Shown here piece after piece: positions 38,695 through 47,777 of a stretch of 64,000 bases of DNA. This DNA comes from Candidatus Poribacteria bacterium (lineage in GTDB: Bacteria; Poribacteria; WGA-4E; PCPOR2b), in assembly GCA_965215015.1 (NCBI GenBank), contig OZ244042.1:96001-160000 (forward strand). Direction: 5' to 3'. Numbering within the stretch: the stretch's first letter is position 1; each line of letters begins with the position of its first letter. The position numbers and the translations under genes were made by a program. The notes under the pieces are model-generated. The model worked only from the letters and a program-made list of their open reading frames with translations. It did not search any database and was not told the DNA's origin.

Positions 38695-39408
38695 TTAGAT
38701 AGTTCGCCAAACAAAAAAGATTGCGAGAGTCAGTGATCCAAAACCGAGCCCCGCAGCGAGGAGACGCGGCCCATGGAGGCGCGTCCAGAGCAATATACCG
38801 GTGAAAGAGAGGATGATTAAGCTGCCAGCAATGGAATCGGCGAGTAGAATCCATGCGGCACCCATTCCGCTTGCCATGTGCAGCCGATTGAGAAATGCAA
38901 AAACATTTCGGTCAAATCGCGTGACGCTGGCGTAACTGTTGCCAACCCAGTATTCCGCGTTGTAGGTGCATTGTGGGTTACTGAAACTGACACGCCATTT
39001 TTCAGGTTGTACCACCGACTGTCCATCCCAACTAATTTCTTGTGATGGCTGTGAACGGGCGCGACTCCACCTTTTCTCAATACCCAGTTCCGCTTGAAGC
39101 CACACCGCGAAATCCTCGACGCTTTCCGGTCGAACTTCTGGTAGAGCAAGTTCAATCTTCGTCTGTTCGGTTTTAGCGGCCTTAATCTTCATGACCCCTC
39201 GATGGTTGAGCAAAATTCCGGTGGTGCCAAAGAGAATACCCAGGGTTGCGCCCCACAGTCCAAGCCAAGCATGTGTTCGACGCAACCATTTGAGAAATGC
39301 ACCCCGGCTCCACCCCGTTGGAAGAAACATGTAGGGTGAACGGCGTCTGTCCTGCTTTCTACGTATGTTTTCGATAGTCGTTGGCTGTGAACTGGTGTTA
39401 TCTTGCAC
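38695..39408 (-). CDS. PepSY-associated TM helix protein
   Basis: Motifs LRRTHAWLGLW....FGTTGILLNH, LNRLH, W..LAD...SFTGILLW. GTG start after GGAGG; start uncertain. Confidence 0.82.
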   Translation of the reverse strand: MQDNTSSQPTTIENIRRKQDRRRSPYMFLPTGWSRGAFLKWLRRTHAWLGLWGATLGILFGTTGILLNHRGVMKIKAAKTEQTKIELALPEVRPESVEDFAVWLQAELGIEKRWSRARSQPSQEISWDGQSVVQPEKWRVSFSNPQCTYNAEYWVGNSYASVTRFDRNVFAFLNRLHMASGMGAAWILLADSIAGSLIILSFTGILLWTRLHGPRLLAAGLGFGSLTLAIFFVWRTI

Positions 39409-39615
39409 CTTAGCCTCCGTCTTATGTAGACTGAATTTGCTTGACAATCGCAAAGCAATTATCTTATTCTTTATAGATACAGAAAAGGCGGTGGGCCCAA
39501 AAAAGCCCCAATACATCTAAAGCGATAGAGATATGGGAGCTAGCTAACAATTGGCCGTTGGGAGCTATCCCTTTTTCTATCGTTCGCCTTTTCTGTTATT
39601 TGATTTCCTGTTTAT

Positions 39616-39630
39616 TGACAACGAGTCTCA
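39616..39630. promoter_or_regulatory. Fur-like box upstream of the heme-uptake operon
   Basis: 7-1-7 TGACAAC-G-AGTCTCA; shares GAGTCTCA with the box at 45369. Confidence 0.5.
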
Positions 39631-39802
39631 GTGTCAACAAGTGTGCGACTTGATTGAGCCATACCTACCGCGCGGTAATATAAACGTGCTCAACCGCTTC
39701 ATGAGTAGATGTAACTAAAGTCGGGTTAGCTTTCATCTTTATCTACCTTTTTCACCTTTAGATTTGTCAATCCAAGTGGGAAACAAGATCCATTAACACA
39801 CC

Positions 39803-40159
39803 CTAGTGTACCCTGAACGGCCCACCTGCCGGCTCCTCCTCAAGATTAGGACGAGCAGAGTCGAGGAATACTTCGTGAAGTTCCAACTTGTTCGATTGCG
39901 TGAACGCCTCTTTAGGTAACGTTCCCGATTGGGCGTGTCCCCTGCGGAATTCATCCGATTCGACCCAATTTTCAAAGTCCTTCCGCGACCCCCAAAGCGT
40001 AAACACAACGTAGGGGTCCCCGTCATTGACTGGACGCAATACCTGATTTGAGATGAAGCCGGGCATCCCATCAATGAGTCGAGCGCGATTGCGAAAACGT
40101 TCTTCAAAGGCTTCTTGATATTCGGATGCAACGTAAATTCGATTGGCGACAGTGATCAC
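39803..40159 (-). CDS. IsdG/HmoA-type heme-degrading monooxygenase (ABM family)
   Basis: N-terminal Asn (VANRI), FEERF..R, PGF, W..S..F...H, matching the Asn/Trp/His triad pattern of IsdG. Confidence 0.8.
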   Translation of the reverse strand: MITVANRIYVASEYQEAFEERFRNRARLIDGMPGFISNQVLRPVNDGDPYVVFTLWGSRKDFENWVESDEFRRGHAQSGTLPKEAFTQSNKLELHEVFLDSARPNLEEEPAGGPFRVH

Positions 40160-40575
40160 GGTGTTGACCTCCGCTTTGTCTTCGTATGATAGACTCGAAT
40201 GGGGTTATGTTGGGTTGGTTGGCTCGGTGAGTTGATATCAACTAAAATATCGCCGCTGTCAACCTTCACGGGATAGGTCGCAATTCCACATTTTCCGGGC
40301 CAAATGCACTGGCCCGTTTTGACATCGAACTTCCATTGATGAATTGGGCAGACGATAACGCCATTTTCTGATTGACCCGCATGTAAAATGCCACCAACAT
40401 GGGGACAGATGTTATTCACCGCGTAATACTTCCCATTGACGTTGTGGATACCGATGAAATTACCTTCCAACTTCGCGCTAATACAGCTGCCGGGATTCAC
40501 CTCATCTGTCTTGGCTGCTTTTACGAATCGAGAGACTCCCGGATTTCGTCGTACTTCTTGAACTTGTAAAGTCAT
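40156..40575 (-). CDS. Rieske [2Fe-2S] ferredoxin
   Basis: Motifs CPH, CPIH, FDVKTG; the stop overlaps the start of the monooxygenase (GTGA). Confidence 0.88.
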   Translation of the reverse strand: MTLQVQEVRRNPGVSRFVKAAKTDEVNPGSCISAKLEGNFIGIHNVNGKYYAVNNICPHVGGILHAGQSENGVIVCPIHQWKFDVKTGQCIWPGKCGIATYPVKVDSGDILVDINSPSQPTQHNPIRVYHTKTKRRSTP

Positions 40576-40655
40576 AAGCCTCCTCTAATTGGTTCATATC
40601 AAAAACAGGAACAAAGTTTCTTTGCACGACCTGTCAATATAACCCATGATTTTGC

Positions 40656-40684
40656 TTGACATACACAGCGTTATTCCATACAAT
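40656..40684 (+). promoter_or_regulatory. Sigma70-type promoter of bfr
   Basis: TTGACA-17 bp-TACAAT. Confidence 0.7.
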
Positions 40685-40725
40685 TTCGGTTGATTCCACC
40701 CAATTTCAAACTTAAGGAGAAAACA

Positions 40726-41211
40726 GTGGACGGACATCCTGAAATCATCGAAGTGCTTAACGAAGTTTTAACTGCTGAACTGACTGCTATCAATCAATAT
40801 TTTGCCCATTCCGAAATCTGCGAAAACTGGGGATATGAACGTCTCCATCAAGCGATACGCGAACACGCCATCGGAGAGATGAAGCACGCTGAAGATCTTA
40901 TCGCCCGTGTGCTCTACCTCAATGCCATGCCTAACATGGCACGCTACTTTGAGATTAAGATCGGCACAAATGTCGAGGAGATGATGACAAATGACCTCGC
41001 CCTTGAAACAGAAGCGGTCGAGCGGCTCAATGAATTCATCCAACTTGCCCATACCCACAAGGATTTCGGTTCAGAAGAGCTTCTTGAGCAAATCCTCAAA
41101 GATGAGGAAGAGCATATTGACTGGATAGAGGCTCAACTTGACCAGATTAACCAAGTGGGCATCCAAAACTACCTCGCACGACAGATTGTTTCTGATGAAG
41201 AGGGAGCGTAA
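40726..41211 (+). CDS. bfr: Bacterioferritin
   Basis: Motifs ELTAINQYF.H, EMKHA (heme-ligand Met), DEEEHIDW.E.QL..I...G.QNYL; GTG start after AAGGAG. Confidence 0.95.
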   Translation: MDGHPEIIEVLNEVLTAELTAINQYFAHSEICENWGYERLHQAIREHAIGEMKHAEDLIARVLYLNAMPNMARYFEIKIGTNVEEMMTNDLALETEAVERLNEFIQLAHTHKDFGSEELLEQILKDEEEHIDWIEAQLDQINQVGIQNYLARQIVSDEEGA

Positions 41212-41227
41212 TTTGCTCCCCTGTATC

Positions 41228-42628
41228 CTACAACGATTCCAGAAAAGCGATGAGCGCGTCTCTGTCGCTTGCGGACATCTGCTGAACTGCCTCACGCGAT
41301 TGCTCCGCTTCTCCACCGTGCCACAGAATCGCCTCTAATAAATCTCTCGCCCGACCATCGTGGAGAAAGTTGGTGTGCCCGTTGACCACTTTGACCAACC
41401 CGATACCCCACAGCGGCGGGGTGCGCCATTCCGATCCGCCCGCTAAAAAATCGGGGCGATTGTCTGCTAACCCCGGACCCATGTCATGCAGCAACAGATC
41501 GGTGTACGGGTGAATCGTCTGGTCGGAAACCTCCGGCACATCCGATAACGTTCCTGTCCGCAACGTCGGAATATGGCAACCGGAACATCGCGCACTATCA
41601 AAGAGTTGCTCGCCACGCTGAACCATTGGATCGTCAAGGGCACGTCGGGCAGGGACAGCAAGGGTTTGGACGTAAAATGTCACCACATCCAAAATTTCAT
41701 CGCTGAGTTCTGGGTCGTCCCCCCGTCCATCGTATTGCGGTTGCCCAGCCGAATTCTCATTCGGTAGTAGCGAAGTTGTAATGCCCATGTCGTCGTGGTA
41801 GGCAGAAGCGACCTGTTGAATCAGTGTCGGTTGATTCGCCTTCCACCCGAATCGACCGAGACTCCGCCTATTCTCTTGGACATCCCAAACGAAATTCGCT
41901 TTCCCTGAAATCCCATCCCCATCCTGATCGTCTTCGTCCGCCAAGGCAAGGATGGTGGCTTCAGGTATCGCTTCGAGTAGTCCTAAGCCAAACACAACGG
42001 GGGCGACACGGGGTGAGAGCTCAACGTCGTCCGGTAACGGTTGATACGGAGCTTCGATTTTGTAGTTCGGCGTCCGGAGATACACCTTCACCCCGTCGCT
42101 TGTCGTCAGTTCGCCTTCCGTATAATCGATCGTTACCGTTCCCTCCGGGGGGACACCGAAGATTGCGCGGTTATTGAGTTGTGTTCCGAAGCCGGGAACT
42201 GGTACAGGGCCGCGGGTGCCATCACCTTCCGGATTCGGAAGACTTACGCGGAAAAGCATTGATGTGAGCTTTTCGCCCGATGTCGGCGCCCGGCCCCGAC
42301 CATCTCGCGCATGACAGTTGATACACGAGATATTATTGTAAACCGGACCGAGCCCCGGATTGACTTCCGCAGGGACGGTGACAAAAACCGCTTCAAACTC
42401 TACATCACCTGCGAGGTGCTTTGCTAGACCGTCTGCCGAGAGATTTGGCGCGGGCGTTGAAAACGCATGGCTCGTCGCGTCAAAAACCGTCGTCTCACCG
42501 CCTGAAAGCCCTTTATCCGAAACGTCCATCTTCTCCGGATCGGTCAGATTGTCCGAATCACAGGCAGTGATCAGCATACAAAGTAAGATTATAGGAAATA
42601 GAACGTATGAAAAATAATTTAATTTCAT
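41228..42628 (-). CDS. Di-heme oxidoreductase (DHOR) family lipoprotein
   Basis: Two CxxCH motifs (CINCH, CSGCH); GLGP, GRFGWKA, YTDLLLHDMG, WRTPPLWG, LHDGRAR, WHGGE. Confidence 0.92.
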   Translation of the reverse strand: MKLNYFSYVLFPIILLCMLITACDSDNLTDPEKMDVSDKGLSGGETTVFDATSHAFSTPAPNLSADGLAKHLAGDVEFEAVFVTVPAEVNPGLGPVYNNISCINCHARDGRGRAPTSGEKLTSMLFRVSLPNPEGDGTRGPVPVPGFGTQLNNRAIFGVPPEGTVTIDYTEGELTTSDGVKVYLRTPNYKIEAPYQPLPDDVELSPRVAPVVFGLGLLEAIPEATILALADEDDQDGDGISGKANFVWDVQENRRSLGRFGWKANQPTLIQQVASAYHDDMGITTSLLPNENSAGQPQYDGRGDDPELSDEILDVVTFYVQTLAVPARRALDDPMVQRGEQLFDSARCSGCHIPTLRTGTLSDVPEVSDQTIHPYTDLLLHDMGPGLADNRPDFLAGGSEWRTPPLWGIGLVKVVNGHTNFLHDGRARDLLEAILWHGGEAEQSREAVQQMSASDRDALIAFLESL

Positions 42629-42851
42629 GATTCCAAATTCAATGGGTATCTCGTTTTGCCTACCTGTCTTCATTTTTTGCTTCGCGTCCTCTCACCGCCA
42701 ACTAATATAACTCTGCTAACTCAAACCGATTTATGGCGTAGAATCGTTGAGCGGCTTCCTCAATAGGGACGAATTTCACGCTTGCCCACCTGTTCACCAC
42801 CTTCAGGATTTTCGGGACTGCCGATGATTTCTACCGCTTAAGAAATCATAC

Positions 42852-42889
42852 AGAGAAACCGAGTTTTTCCTAAAAAACTCGGTTTCTCT
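42852..42889. terminator. Near-perfect hairpin downstream of the imelysin gene (same family as 34776)
   Basis: AGAGAAACCGAGTTTTT-CCT-AAAAAACTCGGTTTCTCT. Confidence 0.6.
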
Positions 42890-42907
42890 ATCATGCGCTA
42901 GACCGTG

Positions 42908-44035
42908 TTAATCAAAATTACTGTCTAACACCAGCTTCAAGATATCATTCTCGAGTGTCTGCTGAACCGTGCTGACCACATCAATCGCTGCTTGGACAGC
43001 AGCACGCTGGGTAGTGATTGAATCACGGAAGGGATCTGGAACTGCGCCGATCGTGTCGATAGCATTCTGAACTTCGGTTTGGAATCTTGCGTCCAGATCG
43101 GCGTCCTTGCCGTTCACAAATTCGTTAAGTCCCTGGCCATCCGTGGTGAATTTCCCCATGTAAACGTTTTGAATACCCCGGATATTGTCTTGGAAGTCGG
43201 CAATCGAGTTGAAGCTAAACTGCGACTCGACAAGGGTTGTGTCCCGCTCATTGAACGGGTCGGAAATCTTGCCGTTGGCGACCTCATCGGCGATGACAAT
43301 CATGCCGTTGACCATTTCTTGCATTGCATCTTTCTGTGATTTATAAATCGTACTGGAGCCGCCAGCATCAGCGACCTCTGCGGCGTAATTTTCACCAGAC
43401 GCATCCCACGCGTTACGTAACTGAGCAGTTTTTGATTTCAGATGCTCTGTCGTTGCGGCGAGGTATTCAAGTTCACGTGGGGTAATATCCGCAGCTTTTC
43501 GCTGATCACCCTCCCGGAAGAGGAGATACTCTATAGTGTGGAAACCTTTCAGCGTGTCCTCAAGCGCGTCAATTGACGCTGAAGTCAACGCCTGCCCACT
43601 GGCAAGCACCGCGTCAAGGTCAACCCTATTGACGGGCCAGCTATCGAGTGCCGGGTCGAGCCCTTGCGTATCGACGGGACCGAACAGGAATGCCTCACTC
43701 TGTTCCCACGGTCTTCGCGTTGCCTTCCACGCAGCTTGCGCCTGTCCCAAGTTGGCTTGCGTAGTATCCGCTTCCAACGCTTTGATAGCGGTCAGCAGAT
43801 CACCTGCTTTGTTGTCCAGATCAGCGTAAGTAGCAAGCACAACCGTGTTAGCGAAGGCGTTCAACGTAGTGCTTGCATCAAACACTACCTCTTCAGCACT
43901 ATCATTATCATCATTATCATCATCGTCGTCATTGCCACAACCGACGAGACCACAACCGATGAGGCAAATCGATAAGACCAAAACGGTTGATAGGGTAAAG
44001 CAATAGAGTTTTGCTAGGTATTGGTTGAATCTCAT
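42908..44035 (-). CDS. Imelysin/IrpA (peptidase M75) family iron-regulated lipoprotein
   Basis: Motifs AW...R.PWEQSEAFLFGP, DSWP, GFHTIEY (HxxE), ES.FS.NS..DF.DNI. Confidence 0.92.
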   Translation of the reverse strand: MRFNQYLAKLYCFTLSTVLVLSICLIGCGLVGCGNDDDDDNDDNDSAEEVVFDASTTLNAFANTVVLATYADLDNKAGDLLTAIKALEADTTQANLGQAQAAWKATRRPWEQSEAFLFGPVDTQGLDPALDSWPVNRVDLDAVLASGQALTSASIDALEDTLKGFHTIEYLLFREGDQRKAADITPRELEYLAATTEHLKSKTAQLRNAWDASGENYAAEVADAGGSSTIYKSQKDAMQEMVNGMIVIADEVANGKISDPFNERDTTLVESQFSFNSIADFQDNIRGIQNVYMGKFTTDGQGLNEFVNGKDADLDARFQTEVQNAIDTIGAVPDPFRDSITTQRAAVQAAIDVVSTVQQTLENDILKLVLDSNFD

Positions 44036-44064
44036 TGGATCCTCCTTTTTAATTTAAAATTAAA

Positions 44065-45309
44065 TTAGTATTGGAATCCGAAGCCAAGCGCGAAGGTATT
44101 CTCTTCGTTTTCGACTTCGGTGCCCAATCTCCGTGCCGAGTAGTGTCCCTTAAAGACAAGCTGCGGATATGGATGATAATTGGCACCGAACGTCCACGTT
44201 TGACGGTCCCAACGCGGATTATCAAAGATGTCCCCTTCAACCTCAGCCATTGTATCGTAGTTGTCGTAGCGAACAAATAGATCGAGCACTGCCTCAGTAT
44301 TCAAGGATGATTTGAAAAAAGTGAGCAGATTGTAGCCGATTTCGAGGTACCCCCCAAAGGCTTGGCTACCAACGGGTGTCCGTTTTACGTTTAGGTTGTT
44401 TGAGAGATTCCGATTCGCTCTGGAGATAGGTTCTGAATTTTCGAGTGTGCCGTACAGAAACAACCCCCGAACCTTCAACGCATCGACCTCGTAAAAGCCG
44501 TGCAGGTCAACAATGGAAACGTTGGCGTCAACCCGCAGGTCCGGTTTGGGGCGGTTGTCCGCACTATCGCCGTAGTAGCCGGAGATACCGAGGACTGTCC
44601 CGTCCATGACCTTGTAATCAACCCGCCCGACAAGCGCGAAATCTTCAGCATTGGCGGTTTCAAACCGTAGTTGATGGCCCCTGACAATCCAACGGCGCGA
44701 ACTGAAGCCGGTGGAGTCCAAGCCGTTAACCACTTGCGCCTGATAGCTGAGCGCGCCGATTTCGCCAAATAGCTCGATCCCATTTTCATGCCAAATGGTT
44801 GGGATGAGATTCGATTCAGATTCGGGACGGGTGGTTGTGAAGTAGTGTTGCGGGCGATGCCGCTTCGCAGTTAGGCCGACCGGCACGATGATGTGACCGA
44901 TCCGAAGGTTGAGCGCGGGGCGAATCTCAAAGACCGCGGCGAGTTTCTCAACGATGACCTCGCCGCCCTTTTCGACTTCCATCTCGAACTCACCAAACTC
45001 CTCGAATTTATCGAACTCCATTGTGATGCCGGTTCCACCGTGCTCAAACTCCAGCTCCGCTTCAAGCCGGACGGTGTCATTCATCTGGAACTTCGGCGCG
45101 ATGACGAACCGTTCAACGTCAATCTGGGCGCGCCGCTCTGGATCGGTCTGCCAATCGAAGTTGGCATAGTTGATTACTCCGTAGCCGGAGACACTCAACC
45201 GTTTGGATTCGGCCGGTAGGACTTGAGCCATTAAGAGGAGAAGTACAACACAACGGAAAATTTGCAATGCTAACCTCCCATATTTATTGAAACAGAGTCT
45301 CAATTTCAA
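44065..45309 (-). CDS. Outer-membrane beta-barrel (porin-like) of imelysin-DHOR loci
   Basis: Signal peptide; motifs GYG.INY, ELEFEHGG, E.EKGGEV.VE, IP..WHE.G; C-terminal GFGFQY. Confidence 0.8.
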   Translation of the reverse strand: MKLRLCFNKYGRLALQIFRCVVLLLLMAQVLPAESKRLSVSGYGVINYANFDWQTDPERRAQIDVERFVIAPKFQMNDTVRLEAELEFEHGGTGITMEFDKFEEFGEFEMEVEKGGEVIVEKLAAVFEIRPALNLRIGHIIVPVGLTAKRHRPQHYFTTTRPESESNLIPTIWHENGIELFGEIGALSYQAQVVNGLDSTGFSSRRWIVRGHQLRFETANAEDFALVGRVDYKVMDGTVLGISGYYGDSADNRPKPDLRVDANVSIVDLHGFYEVDALKVRGLFLYGTLENSEPISRANRNLSNNLNVKRTPVGSQAFGGYLEIGYNLLTFFKSSLNTEAVLDLFVRYDNYDTMAEVEGDIFDNPRWDRQTWTFGANYHPYPQLVFKGHYSARRLGTEVENEENTFALGFGFQY

Positions 45310-45368
45310 AGCAACATAAAATAAAAAGGGGCATATTTTGCCCGATTGACGCCTTCATGAAATGATAT

Positions 45369-45427
45369 TGAGACTCATTCGCATCTCAATTCTGTAGTAT
45401 TATAAATCACTGCAAAGGTTTTGTCAA
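45369..45427 (-). promoter_or_regulatory. Consensus sigma70 promoter with a downstream Fur-like box
   Basis: TTGACA (45427-45422)-17 bp-TATAAT (45404-45399); box TGAGACT-C-ATTCGCA at 45369-45383. Confidence 0.75.
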
Positions 45428-45568
45428 GTTTTTTTTACAAATTATTAAAAAAAATTCTGAGTGTCTAAATCGGGGCTTGGACGAATTAAGATTGACCTTT
45501 TCGCAATTGCGTTGCGAACACCGGTACTGAGGAAAGGGAATGCTAAAGATATGGGCTAGATTACCATT

Positions 45569-45831
45569 GGGATAAGTCGTTACTGGCTTTTAGTAAAACG
45601 CTTGGACACGAGGGTACTAAGACCTAAAAAAAGAAAACGAGAGAACCAGCTTTCCGTTTTCCCCTTCGTAAGGGAAAGTTCCAGTTTCGTTTCTTCGTTC
45701 CGATCCCGATGAAACTGTGAATCTACGATGCCGTACGCATCCCCTTTAGAAGACAACCGAAGCGGGCCTGGCACCCCCTCCCCCGCTTGCGGGGGGACTG
45801 AGGGGGGGGTAAGGGGGGGCGACGTTGCGTT
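45569..45831. repeat. ~260-bp dispersed repeat, copy 2
   Basis: Colinear with 30063-30321, in the same orientation. Confidence 0.85.
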
Positions 45832-45839
45832 TTATTGAG

Positions 45840-46571
45840 TTACCATTTGATCTCTTTGACTTTTACAAATTTCGGGATCTCAAACTGAAAGATTGGGGAG
45901 GGTGGTTGTGCGTTGAGTTGTGGATTGCTGTAGACAACACGTTCATATTCCATAACTTCCGATTTGGGACCATATAGCCTAGAAATAACCTCCATAGGGA
46001 TATGACTATCGCCGAGTTTGATATGGTTCCGATAAAACGATTTTGCGGCAAGTTGATCGTCAGGGGTCTTGACTTCAGCAGAGATGAGTCTACTATTGCG
46101 ACTCCCTAGAATAACGGTGCCAAGTTTATCTTTCGCTTTTTCAGGTGGTGCCCAATAGGTGTAGAGCACATCGTCCGCTATCTCATGTCGGTCAAAGGAA
46201 TACCCAATCGTAGTCAATCCGTACTCTGCCTGTGTTGACTGGATGATGGATTCGACAAACGGGAGCGGAATTCGCCCTTTGGCGATGAAGCGGAACGCTT
46301 GATTTTCGACAGGATAATAGATTTCTAGCACCTTGTCTTTCACAACCATTATCTGCTTGAGCGGTTCCGCAACCTCAATGACAATCCGCGCTGCTTTTAC
46401 ATCGTAGTGGAGGGTGCCGGTTATTGTCCCCTTTTTGTCACCTTCGGTCAATTCTCGTGTGAAGTCGAGGGAGAGGGTTTTTAGCGGTGCGGCATGGAGC
46501 ACGGTGCAGAGAAGGGCGGTAAGTAAAAGAGGGACGGTGAACTTAAGGGTTTTGGACATTAGCTGGGACAT
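45840..46571 (-). CDS. LolA-like periplasmic protein
   Basis: Signal peptide; L.LDF......GTL.Y.....R......P..Q..V.....L.IYYP..NQA resembles the LolA fold. Confidence 0.6.
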   Translation of the reverse strand: MSQLMSKTLKFTVPLLLTALLCTVLHAAPLKTLSLDFTRELTEGDKKGTITGTLHYDVKAARIVIEVAEPLKQIMVVKDKVLEIYYPVENQAFRFIAKGRIPLPFVESIIQSTQAEYGLTTIGYSFDRHEIADDVLYTYWAPPEKAKDKLGTVILGSRNSRLISAEVKTPDDQLAAKSFYRNHIKLGDSHIPMEVISRLYGPKSEVMEYERVVYSNPQLNAQPPSPIFQFEIPKFVKVKEIKW

Positions 46572-46637
46572 CTTGTCCAATCTCCATACCCGTAGGGCGG
46601 GTGTCCACACGTAATCTGGCTGATGAGCACCCCTCAC

Positions 46638-47057
46638 TTAATTAGCCTCTGCTGTTACAACAGCCACAACAACCACTACGGATATAAGACTACCGAGAAT
46701 ACAACCTCCGAGGGCACTGTTAGCCTGAAGTGTTTTGGCTTTTCTCCTATAGGCATCGGTGTAAAAGGCGACATATTCTGGTGATTTGCCGAGGAATCTT
46801 GTGGTAGGGGGAGCAGCCTCAACTGCATAGGCACCAATGACAACCAGTGAACCACCAATGGCACCCAGTAGTACACCACCGAGACAACCTCCCGCAAACC
46901 AAAGCCCCTTATTAACATCGCCCTGGGCGTCCCGTTCGGCGGCGACTATCGCCTCCACTGCTAATGAATGCTGTTGGGCAAAGGTGACAAAAGGCGCACT
47001 GAACGTCAACATCGCCATCAAAAGTGCCAAAATTTGACACGAATTCTTTAATTTCAT
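46638..47057 (-). CDS. Hypothetical membrane protein
   Basis: Signal peptide, Gly-rich TM segments, GKSPEYV.FYTDAY; RBS AGGAG. Confidence 0.7.
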   Translation of the reverse strand: MKLKNSCQILALLMAMLTFSAPFVTFAQQHSLAVEAIVAAERDAQGDVNKGLWFAGGCLGGVLLGAIGGSLVVIGAYAVEAAPPTTRFLGKSPEYVAFYTDAYRRKAKTLQANSALGGCILGSLISVVVVVAVVTAEAN

Positions 47058-47488
47058 TTTCGCAAGACCTCTCCTTTTGCAAGTAAAATGTTTGCACAAT
47101 TATTATGGGGGAATTTGCAGCGGTTTTCATCGTTACCTCCAGCTGGCTTGAGATAATCTTAATTAAGAAACACAGAACTATGGCTCAACCGCTTGGAATA
47201 CGCTTATTATATATATCTTGCGGAGAAAGGTCAAGTTCTCCATGGAGTTCTGTGACTATAATAGCCGCAAATCAATTGGGCTTTGCATCAGTCCTATTAT
47301 ATTCATCTTCTGGGTATTCCTTTGTAAGCGTTGGAGGTTAGTCCCCCGGCGTGTGGGAGGAGAGTGAAACTGAACCCCTATGGCGTACGCCGTATGCCTA
47401 CTACTGTCCGGGTTTTATCTATACGAATGCCTAACATACACACCTGTGGCTTCGAGAATTGGCACATCAGCAGTGATCGTTTGTGGGG

Positions 47489-47777
47489 TCAGGGGGGCGA
47501 TCGAGCATCTAGGTCTTTCAGATTGGTTAATTCCAGCAGGGATGATAGGTCTGATACCTGATTGGCAGAAAGCCCTAAGTCTTTTAGGTTGGTTAGGCCT
47601 GCTAAAGGCGACGGATCCGAGACGCGGTTTTTATAAAGGTTCAGTTGTTCTAAACCTTAATCCTGCCAATAGCGACAGGTTCGATACCCAGTTGGAGCCA
47701 AGTCCAAGCGATTCCAAAGCGGTTAATTCTGCTAGCGGCGATAGATCCGATACCTCGTTGTCAGTAAGCGAAAGAAA
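47489..47777 (-). pseudogene. Internalin-type leucine-rich repeat remnant (~4 repeats, frameshifted)
   Basis: Reads LSLTDNEVSDLSPLAELTALESLGLGSNWVSNLSLLAGL / LEQLNLYKNRVSDPSPLAGLTNLKDLGLSANQVSDLSSLLELTNLKDL. Confidence 0.85.
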
